A stretch of 61,210 nt of DNA, counting the filler, from Jimgerdemannia flammicorona (Eukaryota), in NCBI GenBank assembly GCA_003990765.1. It is 3 parts of 3 records of this genome, joined end to end, with 100 filler letters (N's around TTAATTAATTAA, not from the genome) between each part and the next. Parts side by side here need not be neighbours in the genome. Positions count along the whole stretch, not along the records: positions 1 to 20,344 come from RBNJ01001705.1; 2 more parts are not named here. One strand, given 5' to 3'. This document shows positions 1-14,334 of the stretch, piece by piece. Below the pieces are notes generated by a model. The model did no database searches. It saw nothing but the letters and a program-made list of their open reading frames with translations, and was not told the DNA's origin. Made by a program: the position numbers and the translations under genes. Each line of letters opens with the position of its first letter. Position 1 is the first letter of the stretch.

Positions 1-310
1 AACTTAGTAGTTTTAGTTATTGGAATTTATATTTAGCTTTATATCTTAGCAACCATTGAATTATATTTTGTATAAATACCTCTCTTATTTCCTCTGAAAT
101 AAAGTCAGTTCCTCTCAGTACAATATACACACTTCCTTGCAAGCAATCTAAGAGATAACAAGACAGTTTAAAGATAAGAAGTTTGAGGACTATAAGACCT
201 TGGGAAGGCACTCCAATAAGAACTTGCTTATAACAACTTGAGTTAGTCTAAGAGATACACCTTGAAGAGAATCTGGCGTATTTGAAGGACTCAGTGACCA
301 CTATGTGACA
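1..310. mobile_element. Probable LTR/retroelement remnant ending in TGTGACA
   Basis: CpG-poor TE-like sequence ending ...CACTATGTGACA at 310, an LTR-type terminus. No protein motif recognised. Confidence 0.3.
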
Positions 311-733
311 CTATATAATGTCAACTATATTATGATAAGAATATACTAATAACCTCTTACCAACCAATAAATAATAAAAATGATCATTGTTCTATATCTA
401 GATAAAATATATAATATAAAAACTGGCCCAGTAAGTATATATATATTTATAGAGAGAAGTGGGAGATAATGAAAAATATATATAAATGAATAGAATTACA
501 GAGCTTAAGTATAAAGGCCATATAGAATGCTAAGTTGAAATGATAGATTATATATAGAAATAGTATATATACTATAGGAAACCTATGCTCAATTTATATA
601 TGTCTTAGATAAAACAATAGTATTGAAATATTTTTTGATACTAGAACTTGAGACATTTCTATATTCATTGAACTGTAGTCTCAAGCAAGTCCACTTATAT
701 TATAATCTTATCTACAGTATGTGATGTTTTATA

Positions 734-1056
734 TAGTATATTCAACAAATCAAATCAAATCAAATTTGACCCTAATTTGATTCAATTTTAATATTCAAAT
801 TAAATTAAGTATTCAATTCAATTTAAAGTTCAATTCAAACCTAATTTTTCAAAATCCAATAACTCAGATTTAATAAATTTTAGCTTTTTAGATTTATCTT
901 AAATAGATATATCTAAGTATAATAAAAAATATTATTATATTTAAATTTAGAAAAAAATTTTATCAATTTAAATTTAATTTGATTAAATTAAATCAGATCT
1001 TAAATTCAATTTGAATTTAATCCAATTCAAATAAATACATTTGTTTAGAAGTACTA
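734..1056. mobile_element. Decayed hAT-type MITE
   Basis: Imperfect TIRs TAGTATATTCAACAAAT ... ATTTGTTTAGAAGTACTA with internal AAATC/AATTC repeats. Same TAGTRCT terminus as the other hAT elements here. No clear TSD. Confidence 0.55.
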
Positions 1057-1080
1057 TATAATAGTTTATTATATAATAAT

Positions 1081-2377
1081 GAAACTATAGAATATTTTAT
1101 TACTTTTTTAAAGAAGGGAAGAATATAATGAATTATTACATATAAGCCACCAGAATTTCTGATAGAAATTCTGATGAAAATTCCTACAGAAATTCCAATG
1201 GAATTTCCAACTATCAGTTATAAATATCAAATATAGTATAACTGTATATAGATATACTCAGCATACTATATTTAGCCATAGCCTCAAATCTGTATAAATA
1301 TCCTCTATACTGAGTGTGGTTTAACCTCAGTCAGAAAACAGAAGAAAAGCAAAAGTTAATTGTCTAGTATATTTAGGAGGAGAACACCTGCCAAGTCCCA
1401 CTTAATCTATAGAGGATTGCAACACTTAAGAGGAATACCTACCAAGAGCCACTGCCAGAAGTTGTGAGCTTTATTCCTTTCCACTCTGGTTCTCTTTCTG
1501 ATACAAAGAGAACAGTCTGCTGATTTGGTCCACTTCCCAGACATGCCAGAATAACTCAAGAATCTGCTTCCCAGATAATGCTAGAAGAACTCAAGAATTT
1601 GCTCTCTAGACGAATTTGCACCATTCAAGAAGGGAAGGAGATATAACAGTTCATTATATGCCAACAGAAGTCCACCTGACTTGGACAATTTGAATCTGGA
1701 ACATTGGCATCATCCACCATTTGAGAAATCTACCAAATTCGCCACGTTATGCATAAACCGCATCATTTAAGAAGTCTGCCAAATCCTGAAGAATTACCAT
1801 CATCCTTTAAATTTGCCGTGTTATGCAAAATCTGTATTCAATAATCCGTGCCATCCAAAGAAATCTGCGCCATCCAAAGAAATCCGCATCATCCAAAGAA
1901 ATCTGTGCCATTTAAGAATCCTGCCGAGTCAGCCAAATGGAAATCACCAAAATTGTCCACGTTATGCAAACAAGCGAACTCACACCTATTTTTTTTTTGA
2001 ACATTTTATTACTTTTTGTAAAAGAAGAGAAGGATGTAATTGATCATTACCTAACAATGAAACCACAGAACATTTTATTACTTTTTTAATGAAGGGAAGG
2101 ATATGACAAATTATTATATACATGTTACTGGAATTTCTGATGGAAATTCTGATGGAAATTCCTATGGAAATTCCAAAGGAATTTCCAACTAGCAGTTATG
2201 AATATTGAATATTATATAACTGTAAATAGATACACCCAGTATACCATATATAGCCAAGTCTCAAATCTGTATAAATATCCTCTGTACTGAGTGTTTTGTA
2301 ACCTCAGTCTGAAAGCTGAAGAAATGCTTAAAGCTCTACTTTTCCAATCATAAGAATAAAGTAGTATTCTTATCACA
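1081..2377 (+). mobile_element. Gypsy-type LTR remnants in tandem (solo LTR about 1141-2118 flanked by partial LTR copies)
   Basis: 1081-1340 is directly repeated at 2058-2320. 1380-1520 resembles LTR sequence at 43840-43960. Shared TATAAATATCC...GAGTG...AACCTCAGT motif and the AACATTTTATTACTTTTT near-terminal motif of the family A LTRs. Confidence 0.55.
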
Positions 2378-3604
2378 GAACCCTCAGACCTGACTTGATT
2401 ATAATTCTGAGTCTGATCAACTTAAGATATAAGCATAATACTTTTACAAGAATCTGAAAGTGATATTTTGACTATACCACAATTGGAACTCAGCACTTTC
2501 TCACAAGAACTAAAAACTTAAAGCTGATAGTTATCTTGATTATCCACAATATATTAATTCTATCTATATATAGTTTTATTATATACTTGTTATATATATA
2601 TATTTATAACTATAAAATTAAAAAAAAACTTTATATATAATAATAAAGAATAATACAATTTATTAAAAATTATATATAATACTTGAAAAGAAGAAATAAT
2701 ATAGAGATTTATTGATATAATTTAAAATTAATATATAAATATCACTGATTAAAATTTAATGTGATTTTATATTTATTTTTATCATAAGTACAAAGTTGGA
2801 GGATATTATTTCGTAATTACTATATTATATATTATTACATCAAACTCTATAGGAAAATAAGTTATACTTTATTTTAATCTCTCAGATTCAATAAACAACA
2901 ATAGGAAATTATCAAAGATTGACAGCAATGTCTATATATTTGAGCTCTAGAACTTCTTCCCACTATCAACCCAGCAGAGTCTGCTAATGTGGTTGCAAAA
3001 AAGTGCAGGGGCATCCTTTTTATCTATTATGTATCCAGCGCAGGCCTTTCCTCGATGATAGCATGGACACAGCATCACCTCTTCCTGCCACGGCAAATTG
3101 CATTGTCTCATTTGAACAACGGACGGCCGAAATGTCACACCTGAGCGTGAGGATATCAAGTTCTTTTTTTGCGGGCAAGAAATGGCTCATTCGCCCTCTT
3201 TTATAATATAGTTTGCCCAAATTTAGCACGGCTTGCGGAGGCGACTCCCCATAAGCCACACACGTCCGCTAACGTAAGCCAGCGTCCTGTCACTTTTGGA
3301 ATAACACGTCACGTTTAGAATTGCGGATGTTGGTTGGTTGGATTGGATTGAGTCACGTTCAACTTGTTACCTGGATGCCATTGGCAGTTCACTTCGCTCA
3401 CTAATATTTGTGTTTGTTTTTCAGTATAAAATTAATCAACCATAGATTTGAAATAATTACATAAATATCATCACATAGAGTTGAAGATTTTTACATCATA
3501 AATGGTTGTGCAAATAAAAAACTTATTTTACTGAATTGTTGAAGGACAAAACAGGTCAGTAAAAGTTGGTGATGAAGGATATTTGTTTGAGATCTACGAC
3601 TGAC

Positions 3605-4643
3605 TTACACTTGGTGACATGGAAAGCCTATCAATGGGTATGCATCTAGTTATAATTGGGATTCTTAACCTGTTGTGATTATATGGTTTTTCACAAAGAG
3701 CGGCATTTTTATTGATATTGCAAACATCGCGCTTTTACTCGTTACGATTGGTGACGTAGCTGATGACGTCGACTGACGGCGTATACATAAGCCACAAATA
3801 ACTGGACAACAACATCGAGTGCAACATCGAGTACAGGACACTCCGTGACTCCTTTTTGCATCCAAGCACCACATTTCCGGAGGGTTCCGTTTTGTGGTGC
3901 CGATGGTAGTGTGAGCTCGATATCTCCTCTTCCTCCTCAAACTGTCTGGCCATTCCTTGTATAGAGTAGGCCTGGAAACGGAAGTAGAATTGGTTGCAGA
4001 GGACGTATTTTGGGCGAGATTCGCGCTGAAAGGATATAAGGATGACCGTGGACTGACAAACGTCTGCTGAAATATTGGTTCTGGCCCAGGTGCGACATCG
4101 CCTTTTCGGAAGTTACCAGTGTACGATTCCGAGTTGAAGAAAAATTGCATGGCATCAGGGTCGTCTTTGCGCAAAATGGACAGGTCGTTTCGCGTCGGTG
4201 CGGAAGGATCGGTGGCTCGGTGCGCGGGAAGTGCAAGTGCGTTGATGACGAGGGGGGACGAATGTGCAACCGCCGCGAGGTGGTGATCCGTCAAGGGGTC
4301 AAAAGATGAAGGTCGGCGTCGTAGTCGTGCTCGACCTCGAAGATGATGTGGTCGATGGGCCAATGAGAGTGTTTCTGGTCTTATCCGAGGGAGTAGCGTG
4401 GACGGCGTGCGTCTTTCGGGGATGGAATACGGAGAATTTCATGTAGGGGACCGTGAAATATTGGCGGTCGAACTCGTGGGCCGCGATCTTCGAAGCAATT
4501 CTTTGGCCGGATGGGTCGCCCGTCGAGCTCGGATGGGCGGTCGGGAGGCCTCTAGATCAACTCGTATGGCCGGATGAGAGTCGTGCTGGTTCGGGGGAGA
4601 GGATGCGGGACGCCGATAGTGGTCACGACGTTGGTCAGATGGG
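3605..4643 (-). pseudogene. Zn2Cys6-like family copy A: 5'-truncated, about 170-bp insertion inside the Cys cluster
   Basis: Homologous to 18435-19661 (FNSESYTGNFRKGD, TTKRNPP, CHGVSCTRC remnants), with frameshifts and an insertion at about 3650-3820. Confidence 0.85.
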
Positions 4644-5119
4644 CTTTCTTCATTTGCATTTATTATACGGAAAATGACAAAAAGGTGGCAAATTCGGGTA
4701 TGGCGGAGGTGGACACGAGGCGTATATATAGATCGATGTACATATCTGATCTTAAGGAATGCCGTCATGCCTATTTTGAAAAGTCTTCGTTTCAGCTCAC
4801 CCTTTCGGACGGTAACATACAGAACGCGAATCCGTGGCTGATTGACAAATTTGCGATTCGCGTACCCCGATCCGGCATAGACCATTCCAGGTTGTCGGAT
4901 ACGGAGAAGCTAAGTAGTCGGCGATTGGCCAATTCACTTCATTCATTTATATTTATTATGTATACAAACCAACCATAGATTTTAAATAACTGTGTATATA
5001 CGGTTGAAGAACTTCACCTCATATAAATTATGTGGAAATAAAATAGCCATATTTTACTGACAAAACAGGTTGGTATAAAGTTGTCGGCGAAGGCTATTTG
5101 TTTGAGATCTAAAACCGAT

Positions 5120-6337
5120 TTAAACATTGTCTACATGGCAAATTCTATCAAGGTGTTGACATCGAGTGCAAGACACTCCATGACATCCTTTCTTGTCCTT
5201 TCTGCATCCGAAGCACGGAGGGCTCCATTTTGTGGTGCCGATGGTAGCGTGAGCTCGACATCGCTTCTTCCTCATCAAGCACTCTTGAAATCCCTTGTAC
5301 GGAATAGGCCTGTGAGCGAAAGTGGCAGTTGTTGCGATGTTCATCTGTTGGGAAAATTTCGCGCTGAAAGATATGAGGACAATGGTGAGCTGGCAAACGT
5401 CGGCTGAATGATTGGTCCCTGCCCCGGTGTTGCATCGCCTTTTTGGAAGTTGCCAGTGTACGATTCTGATTTAAAGTAAAATTTTATGTCATCAGGGTCA
5501 TCCGTGCGCAAGATGGGGAAATAGGTCGGCGTCCGTTACGGCAAGGTCGGTGGCTTGGTTTGTAGGAAGTGCGTTAATGACGAGCGGGACGACTGTGCAT
5601 CGGTCGCACAGTGGTGATTCGTGAAGGGGAACTGCGGCATCATAAGGGTAGAAATCGGCGTCGTAGTCGTGCTCGAGCTCGAAGATGATGTGGTCGATGG
5701 GACAATCGAGGAAGGCGAGAGAGTGTTTCTGGTTTTGTCCGAGGGGAGCGACGGGCACGGCGTGCGGCTTCCGGGGATGGAATCTGGAGATGTCCTGTAA
5801 GGGACCGTGTGAAATTGGCGCAGGAACTCATGTGCTGCATTCTTCGGAGCAATTGTTTGGCCGGATGGGGCGCACGTCGAGCTCGGATAGGCGGTTGGGA
5901 GGCTGCTGGAACCGTTCGTGTGGCCGGATGAAAAGCAATGCTGGTCCGAGGGAGGTGACGGTGATGAGTGGGGCGCTTATAGTGGCGACGAAGCTGGCCG
6001 GATGGACGACAAAATAGCGGCCGGTCGGTTGGCGAAAGAAAACAAGGTTCTCGTTGGCTTTTTTGCTGAAATGGACATGGTCAAGCAATGTATAATAGGA
6101 GCGGAGAATTATTTTGGCGAGACCAGGCTGCTTCTTGAGAATACGTTCGGCGCACCTGAACAGTTCCAACACATCCACATCGATGAGAATGTCGTCCTTG
6201 CGCGGCTGGAAGACCGCGTATTCCTGATTGGCGAGCATAGGGAAAGAATGTTTGCCAGATCGTGTCAGGAGGGTCGGCGTCGGCCGGGGAGGAAGGTGGT
6301 CAGAGGCGGAAGAGCGGAGGGTGGTTGAAGGGTTCAT
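5120..6337 (-). pseudogene. Zn2Cys6-like family copy B: full length, disrupted
   Basis: MNPSTT start through CFGCRKDKKGCHGVSCTRCQHLDRIC end. Relative to copy H it has a 2-bp deletion near 5980 and a CAA>TAA stop near 5537. Confidence 0.85.
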
Positions 6338-7025
6338 GGTTGAAGAAGAGGGGGAGGCGTTGTTTCTGCTTAGGGCACGGTGTGTTCCGGAAGAGACTAA
6401 GATTAGGATAGCGCAAGAACGCGCCCGAGGAAGAGAGAGTGGGGAGCAGTGAGGAAACGTTCTTGGGGGGCCGAGAATGATACTTTTAAAACCATGGCAG
6501 GAGACTTTTGGGTTTGTCGTTTGGGTCGCGCGTCAACAGCGCAGGGGGTGGGAAGGTTGATGAGGAACAAAATTATTTGGTTAAGATGTAAGGAGGTGAG
6601 GGTATTGGCGGGGGTCTTGGGAATATGGGGTGGGGGGGAGTGGCGAAAGAGAGGGTAGACGAGCGTGGGGACAGGTTATAATTTATTATAGTTTGCCCAA
6701 ATTAAGCATGGCCTGCGGAGGCTCCCCAAAAAGCCACACACGTCACGCTTATGTCAGCCGACGATCATAAAACGTCACTTATAATTTGCGTTGATTGGTG
6801 GCAGAATTGAGTCACGTTCAACTTGGCCATTGGCAGTTCACTTTGCCCTGTTTGCTTTTCAGTATAAAACTAATCAACTATAAATTTATAATATCATACA
6901 TGTAGGGTTGAACATTTTTTACACCATAAATGGTATGTGCAAATACAAAATCATATTTTACTGAATCATTCAAGGACAAAACAAAGTTGGCGGCGAAGGC
7001 TATTTGTTTAAGATCAAGGACTGAC

Positions 7026-7284
7026 TTACATTGGCGACATGACAAAGCCTATAAAGGTGTATACATCAAGTGCAGGGCACGCCGTGACATCTTTTCTTGT
7101 CCTTTTTCCATTCAAAGCACCTCATTACCAGAGAGTTCCGTTTTGTGGTGCCGATGGTAGTGTGAGTTCGACATCTCCTCTTCCTCCTCAAACAGTCTGA
7201 CCATTTCTTGTATGGAGTAGGCCTGGAAGCGGAAGTAGTTCTGGTTGTAGAGGGCGTCTTGCTGAACGAGATTCGCGCTGAAGG
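7026..7284 (-). pseudogene. Zn2Cys6-like family copy C, 3' part
   Basis: Encodes PYKKWSDCLRRKRRCRTH...KKDKKRCHGVPCT* and is flanked by the family 3' region (6680-7025, similar to 3200-3600). Confidence 0.8.
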
Positions 7285-8250
7285 CTTGAAATCTTCCGTT
7301 TTTGAGCAAGAACGTTCTCTCACTGTTCCCCGCTCTATTTTCCTCGAGCGTGTACTTGTGTTCTCCCAATCCCCATTTCTTCCGAAACACCCCGTGCCCG
7401 AAGTTGAACCCTCCCCTCCCTCCTTCTGCAACCATGAACCCTCCAACCACCCTCCGCCCCTCCACCTCCGACCATATGCCCCCCCCCCGCCACCGCCTAA
7501 CCTCAATGATACGGTCTGGCAAAAATTCGACTCCCCCACGCTCACCAACCGGGAATTCGCAGTCTTCCAGCTGCGCATGGAGGACATCCACATCTACGAA
7601 ATTTGTTGGAAATGTTTCGGTCCACCGAGCGTCTTCTCGACGGTCCGTCTCGCCAAAATAATTTTCATCTTCTGCTACACCCTGGGTGCCCCCGTCCACT
7701 TCACCAAACAAACCAACGGCGACCGTGTTTTCTTTCGCGAGCAGCCCTGCCACTACTCCATCGTCCAACTGTCCAGCGTCGCCGCCACTATCAGCGGCCC
7801 ACACTCATCACCGTCCTCTGCCACGAACCAGCACGACTTATCATCCGACCTTGCAAGTGGATCTAGAACTCCCAACCGCCCATCCGAGCTCGACGGGCGA
7901 CCCATCCGGCCAAAGAATTGCTCCAAAGAGCGCAACCCACGAGCTCCACCACCAATTTCTCACGATCCCCTACATGACATCTCGGTATCCCATCCTCGAA
8001 AGCCGCACGCCGTCCTCGCTGCTCGCCTCGGACAAGACCAGAAACAATCTCTCGCCTCCCTCGATTGGCCTATCGACCACATCATCTTCTAAGCCGAGCA
8101 CGACTACGACGCTGACCTTTTTCCTTGTGACGCCACAGCTCTCCTTGGCAGATCTCCACTGCGCGGCCGATGCATATTCATTCCCCTCGTCATCAACGCA
8201 CTTCCCGTACACCAAGCCGCGGATCCTGCAGCAACCGTCGCCGACCTACT
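7285..8250 (+). pseudogene. Zn2Cys6-like family copy C, 5' part, inverted
   Basis: Promoter/5'UTR plus ATG at 7434 (MNPPTT..., LNDTVWQKFDSPTL) on the + strand. The upstream family sequence resumes in the original orientation at about 8275. Confidence 0.85.
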
Positions 8251-8487
8251 AATATTAATAATATAATAATAACCCCTTGGCGTACCGAATTTTGGGTTTG
8301 TGGCTAGGGTGGCGGAACTATGGGTTGCGCTTCAACCGGAACAAAATTAGTTGGGTATAGGCGAGACCACGTGAATCAGATTATGACTTGACGTCTGCCA
8401 CCTGGTGACGCAGTGAAATGGAATGTGTAATACCTGTCTAGATCCAAGTGTGTCAATGCGTGCTGGTTCAAAACTATGAACACGTAC

Positions 8488-11400
8488 CAATTTGTTTTGG
8501 ACTCCAGCTGGTGTCAGTTGCAGGAACTGCAGAAGGGGAATCTCCATCTTGGCTTCTTGGATCTTCTGCCAGGCTTCATTATAGATATCCCTGGGCATAG
8601 TCTTCAGGGTGTACTTCTTTTTGGGCTTTGAGGCAGCAGGTTCCCATTCTTCTTGTTCCATTTCTTCATCCTCTAGTAGTAACTCATTCCTCTTGGAGAC
8701 AAAAGGTGAGAGAGTCCAGGGAGGTGTTTCTACTTGCTCCTCTTCATGTTCTTCATCTTCTTCTTGGATAATTCTTCTGCTGATATTCCTGGATGGCCTT
8801 CTTATAGGTCTCTTCCTTTTCTCTGCTGGGTAGACTATTTTTCAGGTAGTAACCTTTATAGGATACAAGTCTAGGTCACTGTAGTCTTCACTGTTGCTTC
8901 TTCAAAATTTTCAACAGGGTGGACTTCAGCCTTCTTATATTGAGTGTCATTTCTTCAGTTTGGTGGTTCTGAGTCCCTTTGGTCACTTCTTTTGTTGTCA
9001 CATTCAGTGGCATAGTATCTGAATTGTCCACAGTAAAAGCATAAAACTTGGGCTCTATCTTGGACAGGGTATCTTCTTTCTTCTTACTGATAGCTCCTGT
9101 TATCTCTGGGTGGATAACCTTGGCTCCTCTGTGGTGGGTATCCTCTGTTGTCTTGATAACTCCAATTTTTGCATATAGTGAGTTTTTCAATCTGTCCAAC
9201 CAATTGGTCCAACTTGGAGCTGAGGTCTTAGATTTCACTTCTGTCCTTCTTTCCTTCTTTGGCTAGCCTTCTTTTTTCAGATCTCTCTTGTCCTTGAAGG
9301 AGTCCTTGTAGGGCTTTGACCAGGATGTCTTCTTTATCTTCTTTTTTATCATGATCACTCTAGGTAGTTCCTTGTCTGACATTAAAGAATCCTTAGACTA
9401 TATCTACTTACTCTTCAGACCTTCTGATGCCCAGAGTATAGACATGCTGGGCAATGTTTAGGGGAATTTCATTCATGAAGATCATTGGACCTATGATGTC
9501 CTGATTGGTGGCATTGAACCCAGTGGTATGCATTCTGTTCTGAATTCTTATAAATAAAGCTCTGGGCAATTCTCTAAGATTCATCTTCATTCACATGATA
9601 GATTCTTGAGCCTTGTAGCAGGTTTCAATTCTGTATATTTTTCAATAAGCCAGTAGACCATGGCTATATATTCTAGCTCATTCTCACCAGTTCTGAATGT
9701 GGGTCATTTACTGTTCAGTGGAAAATTCCTCTGGCTGGTTCTCTGAGCTGAGCCTTGTAGATGGTGATTTTTCTTTCATCTGAGAGATTCCTCAGGGCTG
9801 TGATTCCTTCAATCTCATCAAGGAATTCTCTAGGGTCTTCCTCCAGATATCCTGCAAAAGTTGGCAGTGAGGTGGCTATTTCATTGTCACTTTCTTCTGA
9901 TTCTGGTTCTGGTCTGGATTCTGATTTGAATTCTGACTCTGATTTGCTTTCTAAACTATTACTGGAGATGGGGGTGCTTGGGTATCTTGAGAATAGTATT
10001 CTGGACCTTGGATAAAGTAGAATGAGCCTAGATATTCTTATAGGAGCTACTTCCAATTCTGCAAGGGCTGGTGGTAAAGATTTAATGAGTGAGATTAGTG
10101 AGACTGATATGGGGTGTCTGGCTATAAGATCTTGGGCTTGTATAATAAGATCTTCTAGTTCTTATGCAAGTTCTTCAAGTTGTCCAATAGGGCCACCTGT
10201 GTTGTCTGGTTGATCTGGTTGGGGATTTCAGATTGTACTGGCTTCTGGTTCTGTTTGGGATCTTTCTAATACTGGGTAGTTGGCAAGTCTTGAGGTGATT
10301 ACTTCTCTTCCTGTCCAGATACTAGTAATAACTGATTCTCCTGTAGTAGCAGAGATTGGTATTATATCAAATGTATCCAGTTTGACTGTGAGTTCTTGTG
10401 AGCTGAAAAGTTATGTTGATTTGAAATCTTCCTAGTTGAGCCTCCAAATGTAACATGTCGGGCTCAATGGAGGTAAATTATAAGATTGGGGGTTGATGTA
10501 GTTTGGCTTGAGCCCCCAAAAGTAACAAAATATTCTTAGTGTTTAGTGGTATAATAGTCAAAGCTGGATATATGCAAGCAATTTGTGTGTCAATTTCCTA
10601 ATTAAGATAGTTCTCTGGATATAGCAGTGATTTGTATATCTTTCCTTCTTAGTTGACAGATAATTTCTATATAGCATAGCAATCTCCAAAAGTATGTGAT
10701 TTCTGTATGACAATCTCTTGTTTGATGTGATGATCTCTGTATAGTGCAGTGGGTTTCTTATGTATAATAGTCTGGCAATTTGGCAGATAACTCGATTTGG
10801 ATACAGATTCTTCTAAAACAATAGTTTGGGAATAAAGGATGGTGCAGACTCTTCCTGAAATGGTTTACTGGGAATTGTACTGGTGGCAATTTCTCTGAAT
10901 CAGGCTCACCAGGAATAAACTAATAACTCAGATAGTATGGATAACTTGGATATCATGGATTACTTAGATAACTCAGATAACTCGAAAATGACAGATTCTT
11001 GGCAAGTTACATCAAAGACTGGCTTTGTTTGTACAGGGTTATATTGTAGACTGACTCCACTATGAAGTTGCATCAGATAGACTGGCTTGTGGCAAGAATA
11101 GCAGTTCTCTGGAAAGGCAGGTTTCTCTTCAAAAGAGTAGTAAAGTTCTTTCTTGAACTTGGCAGTTTCTTCAGGCTTATCTAGTAAGTAAACCCAAATA
11201 TAGTAGCTTATTCCTTAAGCAGCAGATTACTCAAATGACAGTGAAGTTCTTTCTTGAACTTGGCAGCAAACTTCAGACTTATCTAGTAAGTGAACCAAGG
11301 CTTTGTATTGGAAAGTGGACTGGAGTGGAAATAAGGAGACCAATACTCAATCTTTAGAGACTTCTTTGGTTTATATTTCAATTCAGAATGAGGTTTATTC

Positions 11401-11702
11401 ACTCTTGTCTCTAGGGTATTTTATACATTGTGGTTGCTATCTGGTTACTATGTGGTTAACTATAGATTTACTACTTATGGCAATTTGTAAAGGTTTAGCA
11501 CAAGTGTATAGATCTGGCCCAGGTATATAGGTCCTGTACAGATATACCTTATCTGGTAGTCTGGCTATTTATATAGTTTTCTACAGCAATAGTTGCTGTA
11601 TCTGGTTACTATACTATGTATTTATATCATCTTGCTAAGTTACTAATTGTTCACATTATCTGGCTAAGTTTCAATTCAGGTGGTATATTTTAATTTGTTA
11701 CA
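8488..11702 (-). mobile_element. Gypsy family A 5' fragment: LTR + PBS + gag, truncated before protease
   Basis: LTR 10449-11702 (TGTAACA...TGTTACA), then PBS TTTGGAGGCTCAACTAGG and gag LPTFAGYLEEDPREFLDEIEG. Colinear with 46502-48525. Confidence 0.9.
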
Positions 11703-13235
11703 ATATGTAGAGTATAAATAAAAAGCAAATTTCTCCTTCTTAGAAAGGATGATTGTCAGGCTTATTTTTTGCCTAGATTATTTTCCATTCAGACTTTTTT
11801 ATAAATAATTATTACATATTAAGGAATAATAGAGATGACTTGGATAAAAATAATTAGCCTAAATTAAGTATATAAAATAATCAGCCTACTAGATATTATA
11901 CAAGGCCCCATTACTTATGTAAAAACAAATAAAATATCATGAACAAGAAAATAGCTCTTTCAGAATAAATCAAACAATAGAACTATTAATAAAAAGATCT
12001 ATATTTATTACAATTTTTGTAAAATATATATAGCAATACAATGATTTAGTAAAAAGACAGAATACCATAAATGAATGAAAACCAAAGTGATTAAAAAATA
12101 TTCAAAATCCAAGTAATTATCACAAATCCAAAAAAATTGGCTGAAACTTTCTCTTATTTCAAAAGTTTATAAATTTTCCAGAAGCCCTATCCTAATTAAG
12201 AGTCATATAAACAATTTAGATATTGTGGGGCAGAATTTTATAATATGAATACAGTTTTTGTTTCCACATAAACAATAGTATTCTCTTATATGGTAAAGTT
12301 CTTAAGCTAGAACAAGTGGCTAACACAACCAATAGAACTTTATAGCAAAGAAAATGTAATTATTTTTTTAAGATATTTATGGAAAGGTATCTGAATTAGA
12401 TTAACTGTCAGCCTACCAGCAGAAGTACTTACTATTCCAGTATTTGTATAATGTTTTAATTGTATTTTGATAAATAAAATAGAGATAGTCATAGTATTTC
12501 AAATTCTATTCTGAAGTGATCCAGTAAATATTTCATTTTTCTTCCAGATATGGAACTTTTGTATTTGTGATTCTTTTTAACATTCTGGTATAGTATGAGG
12601 ATGTTAATTATATAGGTAATACTACTTGATTTTTACTACATATACTAATATTATCACATCTTTCTGACTTCTTATCATCCATGTCACAATTATCAGTTTA
12701 GTAATTATATAGACTTTCTTCATTTGTATTTATTTTACAGAAAATGACCCAAAAGTAGCAAGGTCAGATATGTTATAAGGTATATATACAGATCAATGCA
12801 TATATTCAATCTTAAGGATATGCTATCATAACTATTTTGAGAAGTCTTTATTTCAGCTCACCCTTTTGGTTGCTACAGAATGTAAATCTGTAGCTGATTG
12901 ACAAATTTGAGATATACATACCTTGATTCAGCATAAGCTATTCTATATTGTCAGACAAGAAGAAGCTAGGTAGATTATTAATACATTATATATAACTATA
13001 TGAGAGTAAGTTCCAATTTGGACAATAAATTATCACACAGCATCACATTCAGATAGTATTATTAATGTGAGAATTCAATTTATTTATTTATATTTATTAC
13101 ATATACAAAACAGCAAATAACTGTATATATAGTTTTGACAAACTTTATATTATAAAAAAAAGTCATATTTTACTGACAAAATAAATTAGTAGAAAGTTGT
13201 CAGCAAAGACTATTTGTTTGTAATTAAAAACCAAT

Positions 13236-13640
13236 TTGAATATTATCTAAATGACAAATTCTGTCAAGGTTTTTACATCAAGTATAAGATACTCTATAAT
13301 ATTCTTTCTTGTCCTTTCTGTATCCAAAGTACCTTATTCTCAGAAGGTTTCATTTTGTAATATCAATAGTAGCATAAGCTCAACATCATCTCTTTCTCAT
13401 TAAGCAGCCTGGATATATCTTATATAAAATAGGTCTGAAAGTGAAAATGAGTAGTTGAGATAAGAATCTGTTGAGCAAATTTTATACTGAAAGAAGATGG
13501 AAATAATAGTGAGCTGGTAAATATCAGCTGAATGCTTGGTCTATATTCTGTTGTTGTATTGTCTTTTTTGATATTATTAGTATATAGTTTAATTTAAAAT
13601 AAAATTACATATCATCAGGATTATCTATATATAAGATAGA
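13236..13640 (-). pseudogene. Zn2Cys6-like family copy D (3' half), hypermutated
   Basis: Aligns to 5115-5515 with C>T/G>A changes. Flank 12715-13230 aligns to 4645-5115. Confidence 0.75.
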
Positions 13641-13770
13641 GCTATAATCTTAAATATTTAACTCACTAGAGTTCTATTATAGAATGGCAGAAATTTGGGA
13701 ATAACATGTGATATGGCTTAGAATGGTTATTAATAATAGAGAAAAAATTTTACTATCAACTTTCAGTCTG

Positions 13771-13811
<41 letters not shown>

Positions 13812-14334
13812 AACTTTCAGTCTATCTCCAAGTATATAATTGATATATTTCTATTATGAAAAATACTAAGCTAAAATCATAATATAAATTTAATATATAT
13901 CTTTATAATACTCTTGATAAAATTGTTTAAGACTTACTTTTATCACTTTTTAAATATAATTTTTTAATCATAATTTTTTTATTTTTAAAGAATTATTTAT
14001 ATACTAAAACTAAATTTTAAGTAATTCTCAGTTATTACAACTAAGTTAAAATAAAAAATTTTTTTAAAAAAAAATAACTTATTAGTTTATTAGATTAAAT
14101 TGAGTTATATATAATTTATTAACTTAATATTATTAATAGTTTACTTTACTCATTTATATTTTATTTTGTTTTTAGTATAAAAGAAATTAATTAATAATTT
14201 AAAATAATTATATAAATAATATATATTGAGTTATAGATTTTTTAATATATTATAAATAGTATATAAATTAAAGATTTAGATATATTATAAGAGAGTTAAT
14301 AGTAAACTCTATTTGTTTGAGATCTAGAACTAAT

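Noticed and set aside
2880..3200. Possible Tc1/mariner transposase remnant
   Set aside because: Only a vague KIDSNVY-like stretch; no DDE motif, TIR or TSD found.
5498..8092. Alternative frame (PIDHIIFELEHDYDAD...VINALP) as the true or an overlapping protein
   Set aside because: Entered by different frameshifts in copies B and C and stops before the Cys cluster in B and H. The copy H frame is the only continuous one.
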